Below are positions 25,640 to 38,122 of a stretch of 64,000 nt of DNA, piece after piece. The notes beneath the pieces were generated by a model. That model made no database searches. It was given only the letters and a program-made list of their open reading frames with translations, and had not been told where the DNA came from. The position numbers and the translations under genes were made by a program. The stretch is from Octopus sinensis (taxonomy: Eukaryota), in the NCBI RefSeq assembly GCF_006345805.1, contig NW_021832226.1, forward strand, positions 434,001 to 498,000. Direction: 5' to 3'. Position 1 is the first letter of the stretch; each line of letters starts with the position of its first letter.

Positions 25640-25890
25640 ACAGGAGTCTCGGCCGAAGTCTCCGCCACGCCTCGCTAAATGACGTCGTGCTTAGAGACCT
25701 TCAAGGCTGCGGGCTTTCCGTCAACACTCGAGCCTGTCGGATTGGACCGTGGAGACGGCAAACGCCCGGACGGAATGACGGACGAAAGAGCCACGCGAGT
25801 TTTCGTGGCTATTGCAGAGGATATCCATCGCCATTTTCCGTGGCAACACGCATGCGGTACTTACCCCAGGAGGGCGCGTGCTTTGGCCCC
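25640..25890 (+). mobile_element. CRE-like fragment with internal deletion
   Basis: [30 protein letters not shown], fused directly to the QRISIAIFRGN tail. Confidence 0.8.
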
Positions 25891-26082
25891 TCGGAGATTC
25901 CTTTTATTAAAGTAAAAATTATTTTCCTATTCTGTGCATATAAAATTTTTGATTAAAAAAAGTTAAATGACAAGTTTGTTAAGTTGTATTAACGCATTTT
26001 CATTATTCTCAAAATAAAATTTGCCAGCACAGCTAAGGATTTGTTTGAATGCAACAATATTTAGCATTTTGCCGTTCCAAAG

Positions 26083-26535
26083 GTGTTTAAAAAACTACAG
26101 AATATAAGATTTTTAAAAAATTCAGACTTTAGCTCATTTGGGAGTAAATTACAATCATATGTTAGAGATGCTCACCGGAGCAATGTGGATTCAGAGCTAG
26201 CAGGTCCACTGCTGATGTTATATGGACACACAGATGGACTGCTCCCTTATCTCACAAACGGTGGTTTGAGATGCTCTGAATTGATATGTCCAAAGCATTC
26301 GACTCAGTTTACGGAATTAAACTTGTGGAAATGCAGTTTTAAATCAGGATATCCGAATCCTCCTAAAGCTTTTTCAAGACACTCAATTATCATCTAAACT
26401 TGGTGTCAAACTATTTTTACACATCATCGCTGTTTTCAGTTTTTTATTGTCTACCTAAAGGCAGCACTCCGAGATTTTAGGCATCTTGTTGACAATAAGG
26501 CAGCACTCTGAGATTTCAGGCATCTAGTTGACGAA
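26083..26535 (+). mobile_element. Possible Merlin/ISXO2-like transposon remnant
   Basis: Zn-ribbon-like ICPKH...LWKC and two about 40-bp direct repeats AGGCAGCACTC.GAGATTT.AGGCATCT.GTTGAC. Weak assignment. Confidence 0.3.
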
Positions 26536-27499
26536 ATAATATACATAATAAAAATAATCCTTTATTGGTCCCATTTAGTTCGTTGTTAAATTTACTTAGT
26601 TTACTGTTAGTCTCACTTAGTTTTCTGCTAAACCCACATAGTTTGTTATTGATTTCACTTGATTTCTATTCCAATCAGTTTTGTGTTAATCCTATTTAGT
26701 ATGGGGAATAATATAGAAAAATCAAAGAAATGAAAAACCTCAAGTTTGATAAATCAAGCGGCATTAACGATATAGGCTCACCAAATTAGCGATAAATTTC
26801 CATTTTGAAAACGAAAAAACATATTTTCTAAAATTACGTTAGTAAAAAAACATTTACGTGGAGAGGCCTCGTGCTCCTCAGACACAAGGCAAAATTGGAT
26901 TGATGAGCCTGTGCAAATGGAGAAACTTTTAGCATTTGATTCGAGGGAATTATTAGAGTCACAAGAAAGTGCATTAGGAAATTTAATTATTGCTAGCAAA
27001 AAAATGATTGAAAAAAATTGAAATACGACGAAGAAAATATCAAGGTTGGAATAACTGTACTTTAAACTTGCAAACAAAAAAAGGCTTTACTTCTAAGAAA
27101 CCAATTTGGAAAAGGAAGTAAAGAAAAAAACAATTGCATTCGATTTTCTTCGAATGTCTAAATAATCCCAAAGTCGATACCTGAATCTTCCCATTGGTTA
27201 TCACATGAAATAATTGACCAAGAAATAATTCACCGAGAACCGAAGTGCTGCTATGTTTTATCCAGGACCGTAATTTATTTTTTGACAATGCTGAGCAATT
27301 ACTGTAACTTAACCAAGAAAACAACATCCAGTTAGCAACAAAATCTGGTCGAATTTTAAATAGTGAATACATACGAAAACAACGAAATAGTGAAATGTGT
27401 ACATCTGGATTTATGCGGGAAGTGTGAAGTTAAGTAATATAGGAAATTTTAAACTTATTTTGTTTAGTCAGTGAGTGCAAATAACTATGTGGAGATTCG

Positions 27500-28250
27500 T
27501 CTTTTCACGACAATGAATACAGATAAGAATTTGAGAATAACAAGCCGGACACGACAAAATGAGATAAATCGTTTTAAAGAAAATTGAGGTAGAAAAGCAC
27601 CATACGTACGACATGTTTGCAAGTGAACTGAGAGTAATCCACAATGCCAAAGTAATTACAGTATCATTGGTACGAATATGAAACGGTTTTGTGAGAAAAT
27701 TCTATAAACTGCGATTCAATCGGTTTCAGAGGACCTACACGAGCTTACATTCAGTCGGCGGTTATCCGGAAAACATTGTAGAATATGTGCGTAGAACATT
27801 AATTTGAAATGATCCCACCGGAAGAATGAAAAAAGTCTCGGTTTACAAATGAATTAACGGAGTAAGCTTTTCCATGTGAGTCCATTGAGTCGTACTTGAA
27901 AATCTCCACAGAAGATTACAGCCTTGTAAGAAAAATGAGTAGGCCCATCAAAGAGATTGGTTGTAACTAGAAGAAAAGGAAAATCAATTGAGAATGGACC
28001 CATTAATGGAAAAGGTTGGGTGCTAGCTAGGGTAGGTGCCTGAAAGAGAAATCAAGAGCCTAAGGGTCAGTTTAACGACAGCGTATTAAATGGCAGTTTC
28101 TGTGGAGCACGGAAACAGAGATTCCCTGAAAGAGCCACCTCCTCTCCCTCGGGTTGTTTGTTTTTTAGGAAATTCTCCTACCAATATCAATGAGGAATTA
28201 AGTCGCGGCTTTGCCGAAGATTCCTGAGGATTCGAAGGCAAAAGGGCAAA
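27500..28250 (+). mobile_element. Decayed R4-like RLE 3' end
   Basis: NKPDT and EVEKHHTYDMFASELRVIHNAKV resemble the 12251 ORF. Confidence 0.6.
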
Positions 28251-28612
28251 CTCAAAAAATTCTCAAATGCACAGGTATTTCGTTTTATTTAACTCTTCAG
28301 CCTGAGCACCGGCGAAATAACAACACACTATTAATATATCTATTCGAAAAAACTATTTCTTTTTTTTAAAGTGGCACTATCGGTAAGTTGTATTCCGAAT
28401 CATCAACTGTTGTTTCGTATTTGATATTTATGTACTAAAAAAATAATAATTTATTATAATAAATTTGTAATAGTTTTTTTCTAACATTTAAAAAAGCACT
28501 CATTTCATAATTAATTTTCTATTTGAAGAATAACAATTCATCCGTTAGGAATATTGAACATAATTTAAATGATTTATGTAATACATTTAAAAAAATGACA
28601 TTTTTGCGCTTC

Positions 28613-28755
28613 ACTTACCTGGTCGTGGATGTTTGTTATCACTCAGGCAAGCATCCCATCCTTTAGTCATCCATTGCACTTTGGATCGCTCTGGGGTGTG
28701 GTCGGTTCCAGTCGGGCTGTCCTACGGCGTATTTTTTTCGTGTGCTTTTTGTGCA
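28613..28755 (+). ncRNA. RNU1: U1 spliceosomal snRNA (divergent)
   Basis: 5' ACUUACCUG. Closing helix GUCGUGG/CUACGGC. SL1 GAUGUUUG/CAAGCAUC with loop UAUCACUCAG. SL2 AUCC-AUUGCACUUU-GGAU (U1A site). Short SL3, U-rich Sm site GUAUUUUUUUCG, small terminal hairpin. Confidence 0.9.
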
Positions 28756-28809
28756 TTTTTTACTTAGGCTTTTCCTTTGAGTTTTTTTGCTCTATCGAAT
28801 ATTCCTTAA

Positions 28810-29150
28810 GTTTAAAGATTCCGTCCTAAGATTGGGATTCTACATGCTTGACACATTCTCCAACGGGAACCTACACATGTCGACCCAGGTTTCGCTTCTA
28901 ATCGTCTTGAAGATCTTGAAATCCGGAAGTACGGTCACCTCTCTAGTCTTATTTTCACGCTCATCGCCGTTGAGACCTCTGGGGTTTTTGGCTCGAAGTC
29001 GCTTTGTTTCTTACGTGGTTTGTGGAGAAGAATCGCCAAAAGAAGGTACGACCTAAGAGAGTCCTTTTGTCTTCTTCAACACCTTTTCATTGCCGTAATC
29101 CGCGGCAACTGTTTTGCAATCCGTGAGGCTGGGAGGACGTCCTAACCTGC
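28810..29150 (+). mobile_element. CRE-like 3' fragment just downstream of U1
   Basis: Frameshifted WDSTC..TFS, RKYGHLSS, IAVETSGVFG and IAVIRGNC. Confidence 0.8.
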
Positions 29151-30017
29151 GTAGTCTTCTATGCCATTGACGACTGGTTTATATATTTCTAACAATTTTT
29201 TTCTATTTTTTTCGTTTAAAAATCTCTGTGATCCAAACAGATGTTTAGCTATCTTCTACTGGTTTAACTTACTTATAATCTGCGTCCTTACAAGCTCGAA
29301 ATATCCAGTGAATTTGAAAGCGAATATAAACATGATTCCCACCTTATTAGTCACTAAATTTCAATTAATTAATATGGTCTATATTACAATGATTTTTCTA
29401 ACTGAGAATGAGATAGAACTTTGTAAGATTAAAGGAATTATCCAGCATATATACTGACTGTTTGTTTAAAGAAACACTGTCATAAAACACAAATATGATT
29501 TCAACAATATGTTTTATTTTGCTAAGGAATTTAACAAAGGATGTTAATTAGTATTGAACTGGGTGTAAATTTGATACAGGCATGATAATCATATCATTGA
29601 AAAACATACGAATAAAAATGATTTAGTTTTCTTATATGCACAGATTTTAACTTTTCAGCTCTAAGTTTTATTTTAACATTTGAATAGTTGATTTTTTAAT
29701 GGTTAGAGTTATGGTTAAGATTGGTCCCTCATCCTCAAAGGTAATTCGCTGATTAAACAACTTTTGACGGATTTTCAGGGATATCAAAATTAGTTCGGCA
29801 TAACAAATAATGCTGTCTAAACCGAGATACGGGACCTTGTACCTCCTTCCCGTAATTGCAACATCTGGCTCAACTGCCAGTTTTTCCGGGAATAATATGT
29901 TTATCGAAGTGAACCCACAAGTAATTCCATCCTTCACAAACATATTTGTTAATACCTGTTAAATTCAGCTAAATTTGATTTAAACGCTGAAAAACAATAT
30001 TTTCAACTTAATGGTCA

Positions 30018-30205
30018 ATATTATTATTATTAAAGCAATCTCGCAGAATCAAAAAGTTAATTAAGATTCCACTTTTGCCATCCGACTCAGGATACGATCT
30101 GTTAGTCGTATCCACGCTCCCCTGTTACGTGCGAGGTGTCCCAGTTCGTCCAGATCATCGGCCGATTTCAGTTTCCTTCCAATCGACGTGAGATCATGGC
30201 CTAAT
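30018..30205 (-). mobile_element. RTE 3' tail
   Basis: KLKSADDLDELGHLARNRGAWIRL* followed by a TAA repeat. Confidence 0.75.
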
Positions 30206-30487
30206 GGTCATATGACGAAAATAAAATTAAATATCAAGTTATGAACTATTGATTTATGTTTTCCGATAGATATCGTTAACGATTATTTCCCAATCACCAC
30301 TTTAACTATCACGAAATCTCTCAGAGAGCCCAGATTTTGGATTTCATAAAAAAGAGTGCAAGCTTTTTCACAAATAATTTGTTTGCGCGGAATGCCATCC
30401 TCTGTTCACTTTGAAGGCTCTGGACATAATTAGGAATTAATTAGTTAATTAGTTTCTTTTTATTAATGATGTATAGTCTTAAAAAGT

Positions 30488-30732
30488 GTCGCCAGAATCA
30501 AACCCGGATCTAGAACGGTCAATTGGCTGAAGAGCTATCTATCCATGAGGAGGTCATACATACGATGCGGAAACCGTTTGTCGGAATCTGTCGATCTCAA
30601 AAGAGAGGTACCTCAAGGCTCGGTCTTGAGCCCTTTACTTTTTAATATTTACGTTGAAAGTGTTCTTGAGAAAGCCTTTTCTTCTCGAATCTTGAATTAA
30701 ACATTAAAAAGAGGGAAACAACGCAGAAGGTT
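30488..30732 (+). mobile_element. Internally deleted copy of the 57-60 kb LINE family
   Basis: Matches the reverse complement of about 57780-57615, joined to about 57045-56970. Confidence 0.8.
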
Positions 30733-31880
30733 AATCTGAGGGCCCTTTGTTGAACCTCCTCGATTCGTCTCCTCTTGGACCACGATAACTGCGGACCCCA
30801 TGATTTGCAGACGTAGGCGATAGATGGTTCGAAGTACTGGCGGTAGATATTCGCCAGTACCGGGTGCAACCCGTTTTTCCATATGCCGGATAGAGTTCGG
30901 AGGATGTTCAATTTTTTTTGCATTTGCAAAGGAGGTTGTCTGCGTGTGGGGAGAAACAGAGGTGCATGTCGAGGGTTACCCCTAGGACCGTCTGACTCCT
31001 GTAGAAGAGTACGGACATGTTGTTCAGTTTTATTTCGACTGAAGTCCTTCCCAATCTTTTGTCGGAAGTGAAGAGGAACGTGGCGAACTTCGCCGCGTTT
31101 ACCACGAGCCGGTTGTCCGTCAGCTATAGGTTCAGCCGATCCAAGCTAGCTTGGAGCCTTTCAGAGGCTTTCTGGATGTCCCGGTCCCGTGAGGCTAATA
31201 CGATGTTGTCCGCGTATGAGAGGACAATGTCATTATTGTCAAGGGAGGGAGATCTTCCAGGAATAGGTTGAAAAGGCCCGGGGATAAGGGGGATCCCTAA
31301 GGTACTCCGTTGGGTAGAAGACGAGATTTGGACTTCAAACCATCAAGGCACACCCTTCCCCTTCGTCCACTTAGGAAGTTGAGCTTCAGAGGAAATTCGG
31401 ATTGGGATATCTTCCTTAAGAGAAGCTTCCTCGAGACAGAGTCGAAGGCTTTGTGGATGTCGACGGAGCAGAGCACGGTCTTTTGATGACTCGGTTTGCT
31501 GGCAAAACCGGTACAGATGAAGTTTGACAAGGATTGAAGGTACGAAGACGTGGACTTCGCCTTCTTAAACCCATGTTGAAAAGGTCTTTTGGGTAAGAAT
31601 TCTTCTATTCTGCCAAGAACCGAGCTTTCCAGGATTTTTGACATCGAACATAACAGAGAAATCGGCCTGAAAGATGCCGGGTCCCCTCTTGGTCTTCCAG
31701 ACTCAGGATCGGCCTTATTAGGGCCTGTTTCCATATTGACGGAATCACATTGTTGTTGATTGAATAGTTGAAAATAAATGTTAGGAACCTGACTTCTTCG
31801 ACACCAAAGTTTTTTAATAGAATGACCGGGATTTTATCCGGGCCGTGAGAATATGTCACATGGGCGACTATGTCGCTATG
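30733..31880 (-). mobile_element. Jockey/I-like LINE RT region, decayed
   Basis: HGPDKIP, FRPISLL, QHGFK, VDIHKAFD, NGVP, YADNI and LGVTLD. Confidence 0.85.
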
Positions 31881-32249
31881 GGCAGCCAGTCTTTTACGTG
31901 TTTCTATGGAAACCGCAGAAAAGGTATTAAATATTGAATATAGCAATTTATATATGGAAGAGTGTAGATTAATCAATTATTCTAATTTAAAATTACATTT
32001 GAATTATCTTTTAAAAAGGCTTACCAAAAGTATATTATTTTAACAGCGTGGTTACTCACACTTTGTGATGTCTGGGTTTAAGGGTTACGTCAGAAATATT
32101 AACGAATACAATCAAATTAAGGAAGCGTTAATCGGGATATTCCCGGAGGATATGAATGCTCGAAGCAAACACCGGTTGGCCAAAAAGGCTTCCAATTTTT
32201 GTCAAAAATGTCTGAAGAATCGTCAGCAGAAACATCATTTAATTTCTAG

Positions 32250-32445
32250 TTTGGGTTAAGGTTAGATTTTGAATATTTATGTTGTCACTTTCCAACGTTA
32301 GGGTTTGGGTTAAGGTTAGGGTTAGATTTTGAATATTTATGTTGTCACTTTCCAACGTTAGGGTTTGGGTTAAGGTTAGGGTTAGATTTTGAATATTTAT
32401 GTTGTCACTTGCCAACGTTAGGGTTTGGGTTAAGGTTAGAGTTAA
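32250..32445. repeat. About 60-bp tandem repeat (3+ units) containing TTAGGG/TTAAGG telomere-like motifs
   Basis: GTTAGGGTTTGGGTTAAGGTTAGGGTTAGATTTTGAATATTTATGTTGTCACTTTCCAAC repeated. Confidence 0.9.
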
Positions 32446-32604
32446 AGTTGTTGCAAAAAATTTGATGTAAATTATAATTTGCTAACTTTCTTTTTATCCC
32501 CCGTTTACCCTTTTTGCTCCGAACGTCTCCTGTTTTCGCTCACGTCAAGAACTTTTGGATTTGGATGACGCGGTTACTCATCATTACAGTTACTACTGAA
32601 CACT

Positions 32605-33693
32605 TTGTTCACTGACGTGGGACGTACACGTGCCGCACTTCCACTCCGCTTTGGTGGCCTTGGGGTTCGTTCTTGTGCAGATCTTGCTTTGCCTTGTTAT
32701 CTCTCGTCGATGTCTGCTTCCGGCAATTTCGTTCGCTCTGTTCTTATCAACTCACTCGAACTTGATGAGCTTACGGAATACCCTGTGCTGTTCTCGCCTG
32801 GAGATCGCTCGGACTTGGCCTTCCGGAGATTCCTTCAATACAGAAGAGTTGGGATGTCATCTGGTGTGCACACACTGTTGGAGAGTCTTCGCACGCGAGT
32901 CGACCAGTTGGAACTGGCTTCTTTGAACTGTGCCTGTCAGCCTCACTCAGGAGACTGGCTAAACGCACTTCCGTTGGCGTCCAATGGTCTGCTTATGGAA
33001 GACGAAACTATACGTATCGGAGTGTGTCTTCGACTTGGACTTGAAATCTGCAACCTCACCGTTGTCGCTGTGGTTTTTTGATTCCTTCGAACGGTTTACA
33101 CGCATTGCTGTAGGAGGAGTGCTGGCCGATTTCCCCGCCATGTCCTCCTCAATGAAGTGGTGAAAAGGGCTTTGGATTCTGCGGGATTCCCATCGACCCT
33201 TGAACCTATTGGGCTCTGCCGCAGTGACGGAAAGGTCCTGACGGGATGACTATATTCCCTTTAGAGGAGGAAGGTCTCTGTTTGGGATGTAACTTGCGTC
33301 GACTCCTTTTCAGATACTGTGCTCACAGGAACAGCCAGTACACCAGGCTACGCATGTGCGCTGGCAGAAGAAAGGAAGTTGACGAAGTACGCTGTGCTTC
33401 CGAACGTCGTTGAGTTTGTCCCCCTAGCCTTTGAGACCTCCGGGTGTGGTTGGAAAGAAGGTAGAAAATCTGTGTTACGGGTTGTGGGAGGAAGAATCTC
33501 ACAGATACAAATGACCGGAGGGAGACGAGCTGGCTTTTCCAGCGCATCTCGGTTGCAATTCTTCGCGGGAACTGCCTCTCTATCCGCAGTGCTTCGTCGT
33601 CGGACTAACCTCAAGTTCACGACATTAATTCTCTATTAATTAATTTGACTGTATTAAAGTCCCTAATATAATTAAAAAAAAAAAAAAAAAAAA
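32605..33693 (+). mobile_element. CRE-like non-LTR retrotransposon 3' kilobase with poly-A
   Basis: [46 protein letters not shown]; A-run at about 33673-33692. Confidence 0.9.
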
Positions 33694-33899
33694 TTTGCTA
33701 ATGTTGCAATTTATATTATCAAAAATAAAAATAATTCACATTATAATTTGCTAATGTTGTAATTAATTTTACTATTTTAAAGCAAGCATGGTTCAAATAT
33801 AAAACATCATTTTCTCAAAAATTTAAAGTTCAATCATTAGTTCGCATCGTTTGCCTTTTTATTAGTTGGCCTTTTAGTAAATATTTGCTATGTAGTTGC

Positions 33900-34960
33900 C
33901 ATGGAAATACGTAAAGGCCAGGTTGCCCATAGGGGTCTGATCACCCACGTGACAGAATACGATGATTTTGTAGAGTGCAAGGTATCTTCCACCTTTTTAC
34001 CGAGAGGAGAGGTTCCGCCCGTTTCTTTAGGCTTCTGTTAGAGGGGAGTGAATCAGATTTCCTGTGCTCCTTGTGTGCAGTTTTCGCATAGAATTTGATG
34101 AGGTTGTTCACGTCTTTTTGATCGTAATCTTCGGAAGATTTGGGAGCGTCCCCCCTGGCCACGTGCCGAATGGCTTTCCACACTTCTCCCGTTGAACGAT
34201 TACGGTTCACGGTAGTAAGAATGCGTTTCCATTTCAGATAGGTGTGCCTGTGTTCACTAGTCTTCAATTCCTTGTTCAAATATCTGATGCGGGTAATTAT
34301 GTCGGAAGACATTCAGTTTGACTTCTTGAGGCGATTTCTCTCCTTGGCCAGACCGGATCTCCTTCGGTTACAAGCTGCATGAGGTGGACGTTTTAATATA
34401 GCCATTGCTTTCCCTTTCAGAATAATCTTCGAGAAGAAGCCAATGGCCTTGTCAAGCTTTAGTCTTGTGGTCAATATCTCTTGGAACCATGGCCAGTTGG
34501 CCGCTTTGTAATTGTAAGGAATGGAAACTTTCCTGGTGACAATTTCTCTTTTGATCTTTACCGCGAATCGGGTTGTGGTCGCTTCTCATTTCATAGAGGA
34601 CTGACCACTTCGTAGATGATGCGAGGGATGAAGAGCATAGAGTTAAATCGGGTGACGTAGGTTTGTCAGTCACTCTGAATGGGGTTCTTGTGTTCCTCGA
34701 TGGGTCGTTCAGGATTGTTAAAGAGTCCAATTTGGAAAGTAAAGATTTCCCTCTCCTATCCGCCAACTGATTTGAAAGCCAAAAGGTGTGTTTCGCATTG
34801 AGGTCTCCGCATAAGATGACCCCGTCTATGCGTGCCAGATTGAAGAGAGTTGGAAGGCTATAGCTCCTTGGACAAAAGCCGGGAGGTGGAATGTACATGT
34901 TGACGAGCCATAAACGTCCCTTCGTTGTGCCAAGCGAGATTCCGATTAACTCGGAAACCT
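33900..34960 (-). mobile_element. LINE fragment: APE endonuclease and linker
   Basis: NMYIPP, CGDLNAKH, SPDLTL and SDHNPI. Confidence 0.85.
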
Positions 34961-35164
34961 CGTCAGCCTCAATCGAAATTTAATAGATTAAAAGTTATAT
35001 TTGTTAAATTTAAATATTTAAAGTTTTGGAAAAAATAATACTGTTGATCAGTCTCTGAGAGGATACTTAAAATGTGAAGATTACAAATTAATTCTTTCTT
35101 ATTGACTGTGAATCCAACTTTTTTGATAAATAAATGCATTATTAAAAATAAAAATTTGATAGAA

Positions 35165-35570
35165 ACCTTCAATCAATCAATCAACAACTTTATTTATGTA
35201 ACAACGGATAGTATGTGGGGTAATAATTAATGAAACGGTAAGGCTTGCTCACCGACTTCTTCCGCGAAACAAAAAAGAAAGGAGGGACCCCAACCTCTCA
35301 GTATAGAATTACCTTTGCAGGTAAGTCCCAGTGACTGTTGTCCAGAATTTGTAGTTTTAGATGCTTTTTTCAACGATTTCCCCTACCGTAGGCGTTTTAG
35401 CCTCGAGCCATGGGGGAATCGGGCATTCCAGGCTTTGGGAGTAGGCGATTTTAAGTCCAGTCTCCGAGTATTCTCAAACTTCCCGATAGAAACCTTTTTA
35501 ATTTTCACGCCCTTTAAGCGAGACAAGTTTCTTTAAGGAAGTGCTTCCCGATTCATTTTGAGTTCGCACC
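35165..35570 (-). mobile_element. Probable LINE 3' end with (TTGA)n tail
   Basis: (TCAA)n at about 35168-35184 next to a GC-richer segment. No diagnostic motif read. Confidence 0.4.
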
Positions 35571-35619
35571 CCCATTTTTAAATCTAACAGAGAAATTTAT
35601 TAAAAAATCATTTAAAAAA

Positions 35620-36240
<621 letters not shown>

Positions 36241-36586
36241 TTGTTATCGGTTGAACCCGTTGACAACGGAACACCGAGATTTAAAGATTTGTGAGAAAAA
36301 AATTAAAAAACACAAATACTGCTTAATATTTCAATAACTACATTTTTTATTTCTTACCTATTCTTTCGCACATCTGTCTGGATAAAGATTTAGCACTAAT
36401 CATTTCTACGAAATCAATTTTTACTATGTTCATGAATTTTATTTATATTTTATAAATTATTATTATTTTTTATTTTATTTAATTAAAAAAATACCTTTTT
36501 GTATAAAATCGTTAGTTTCTGCCTCTTGTTGGTTTATTTTTATATTGCTATTGCGACAATATTATTTGATCATATCTAACGTAGAA

Positions 36587-37096
36587 ATGGAACATGATGA
36601 AGGAAATGAAATTTATGACCTTTTCCCGTATATGAATCGCATGTTGTCTGAAGACTTTGAACTTGGTACCAACATGATTGACGCTACTTTCGAAATCGAA
36701 CTTGATTTTTCTACATTATACCAATTTGAAGAAGAATTATATTCTCCATATGCATTTTTTTCTGACATGGTGACATCAATGGTTGACCAAGATGTAGCAT
36801 CCGCGTTTATTCATTTTAGGAATCAAAAAGAATTACAAAACAAAGAATTAATTCCTTACTTAGTAAGACTAAAAAATACAAATCAATTCTTAAATCTCTC
36901 AGGACTTTGAAGACAGAAAAAGATTACGATGTTTGTTCAATTTGCCTTGAAATGTACAAAAGAAATTCGAAAATTGTCCAATTCACTTGTTCTCATTTTT
37001 TCCATTTATCTTGTGCTAGGAAATGGATTTCAGTTTGATTATTTTTATACTATTTAGAACAATCTTACCTGTCCATATTGCAGAGCTGATTTGTAA
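36587..37096 (+). CDS. Small C-terminal RING-H2 protein, paralogue-like to 24897-25514
   Basis: A 38-nt intron after ...TSM restores the frame to CSICLEMY...TCSHFFHLSCARKWIS|NNLTCPYCRADL*. Confidence 0.85.
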
Positions 37097-37479
37097 CTTG
37101 ACATTTTTCTATTTTGAATTTGTTTCCTTCCATAGGAATTAAATAATCGATTAATTTTAAACTTAGTACTAGAAATGATAGTTAAGTGTAGCCAGCTCCT
37201 ATGCTCTCACGCTAATGTCCCAGTGGCGTAAAGACTGATTAGTTTGGCTACCACACTTTCTTATGTGATAACGGATTTGGATGATCCTCACGACATTCTG
37301 AACTAAACAAGAACATCTGTCGGTCTCTCGGAAATGCTGGATTCAACTTTCAATTTAAACCTGTAGAAATCCTTGCCGATGAAAACAAAAGATATGATGG
37401 GATGATTACGTTTTTTAAAGGGGAAAGTTTCTATTTTTTGATATTTTTTTAAATAAACATTTTTTAATGAAATAAAATC

Positions 37480-37780
37480 AGGCACTAGTAGAGCTATATC
37501 GGAAATGGGGGGTCAATCCGACGAAGACGCACTGCGGATCGAGAGGCAGTTCCCGCGTAGAATCGAGAGCCAGTTCGCCTCCCTCCGGTCATGGGTCTTC
37601 AAGGTCTTCAATGCATACGCAACAACCTCTCGGCCTCCTTACCGACCACGCCAGTGGTCTCAAAAGCAAAAAGGACGAACTCTTACTCGCCAGAAAGGAA
37701 TACGTAACACACGCCGATACGGACGGCTTTGTCCTCCAGGAGCAGATCATTAGACTCCAGTAGGAGAGCATATAACCAAT
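37480..37780 (-). mobile_element. CRE-like 3' fragment
   Basis: ILRGNCLSIRSASSSD*; similar to 52255-52600. Confidence 0.85.
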
Positions 37781-38122
37781 CCTCAAAATGAGGCTGGAAA
37801 GCGCAATTTTCTTTGATACAAGAATTTTAAGAATCAATATCCATAATAATAAATAGTGGTAAATAAATTGAAGAAATAAAATGAAAATGCAATAAAATTT
37901 CGTTTTGGGCTCTCAGTTAAATTTCAACGAAAAAGCTTATAGTTAATTTCCGAAAACGCTATTAAAATTCAATACTTGGAACCTTAATGATAATATTTAT
38001 GAATTAAGGATAATAAGCTAGGAAAACCCTATATATTATTGAATTACTGATTTGATTTGAATACTCATAAAAATTATCTAAATCTAATGAAGTTGTTAAA
38101 TGAAATTGTATTAGTTAATGAA

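Noticed and set aside
30642-30929. 95-aa minus-strand ORF as a gene
   Set aside because: Chimeric reading across two LINE fragments of opposite orientation.
32250-32445. True telomere or chromosome end
   Set aside because: Internal, degenerate and embedded in 60-bp units.
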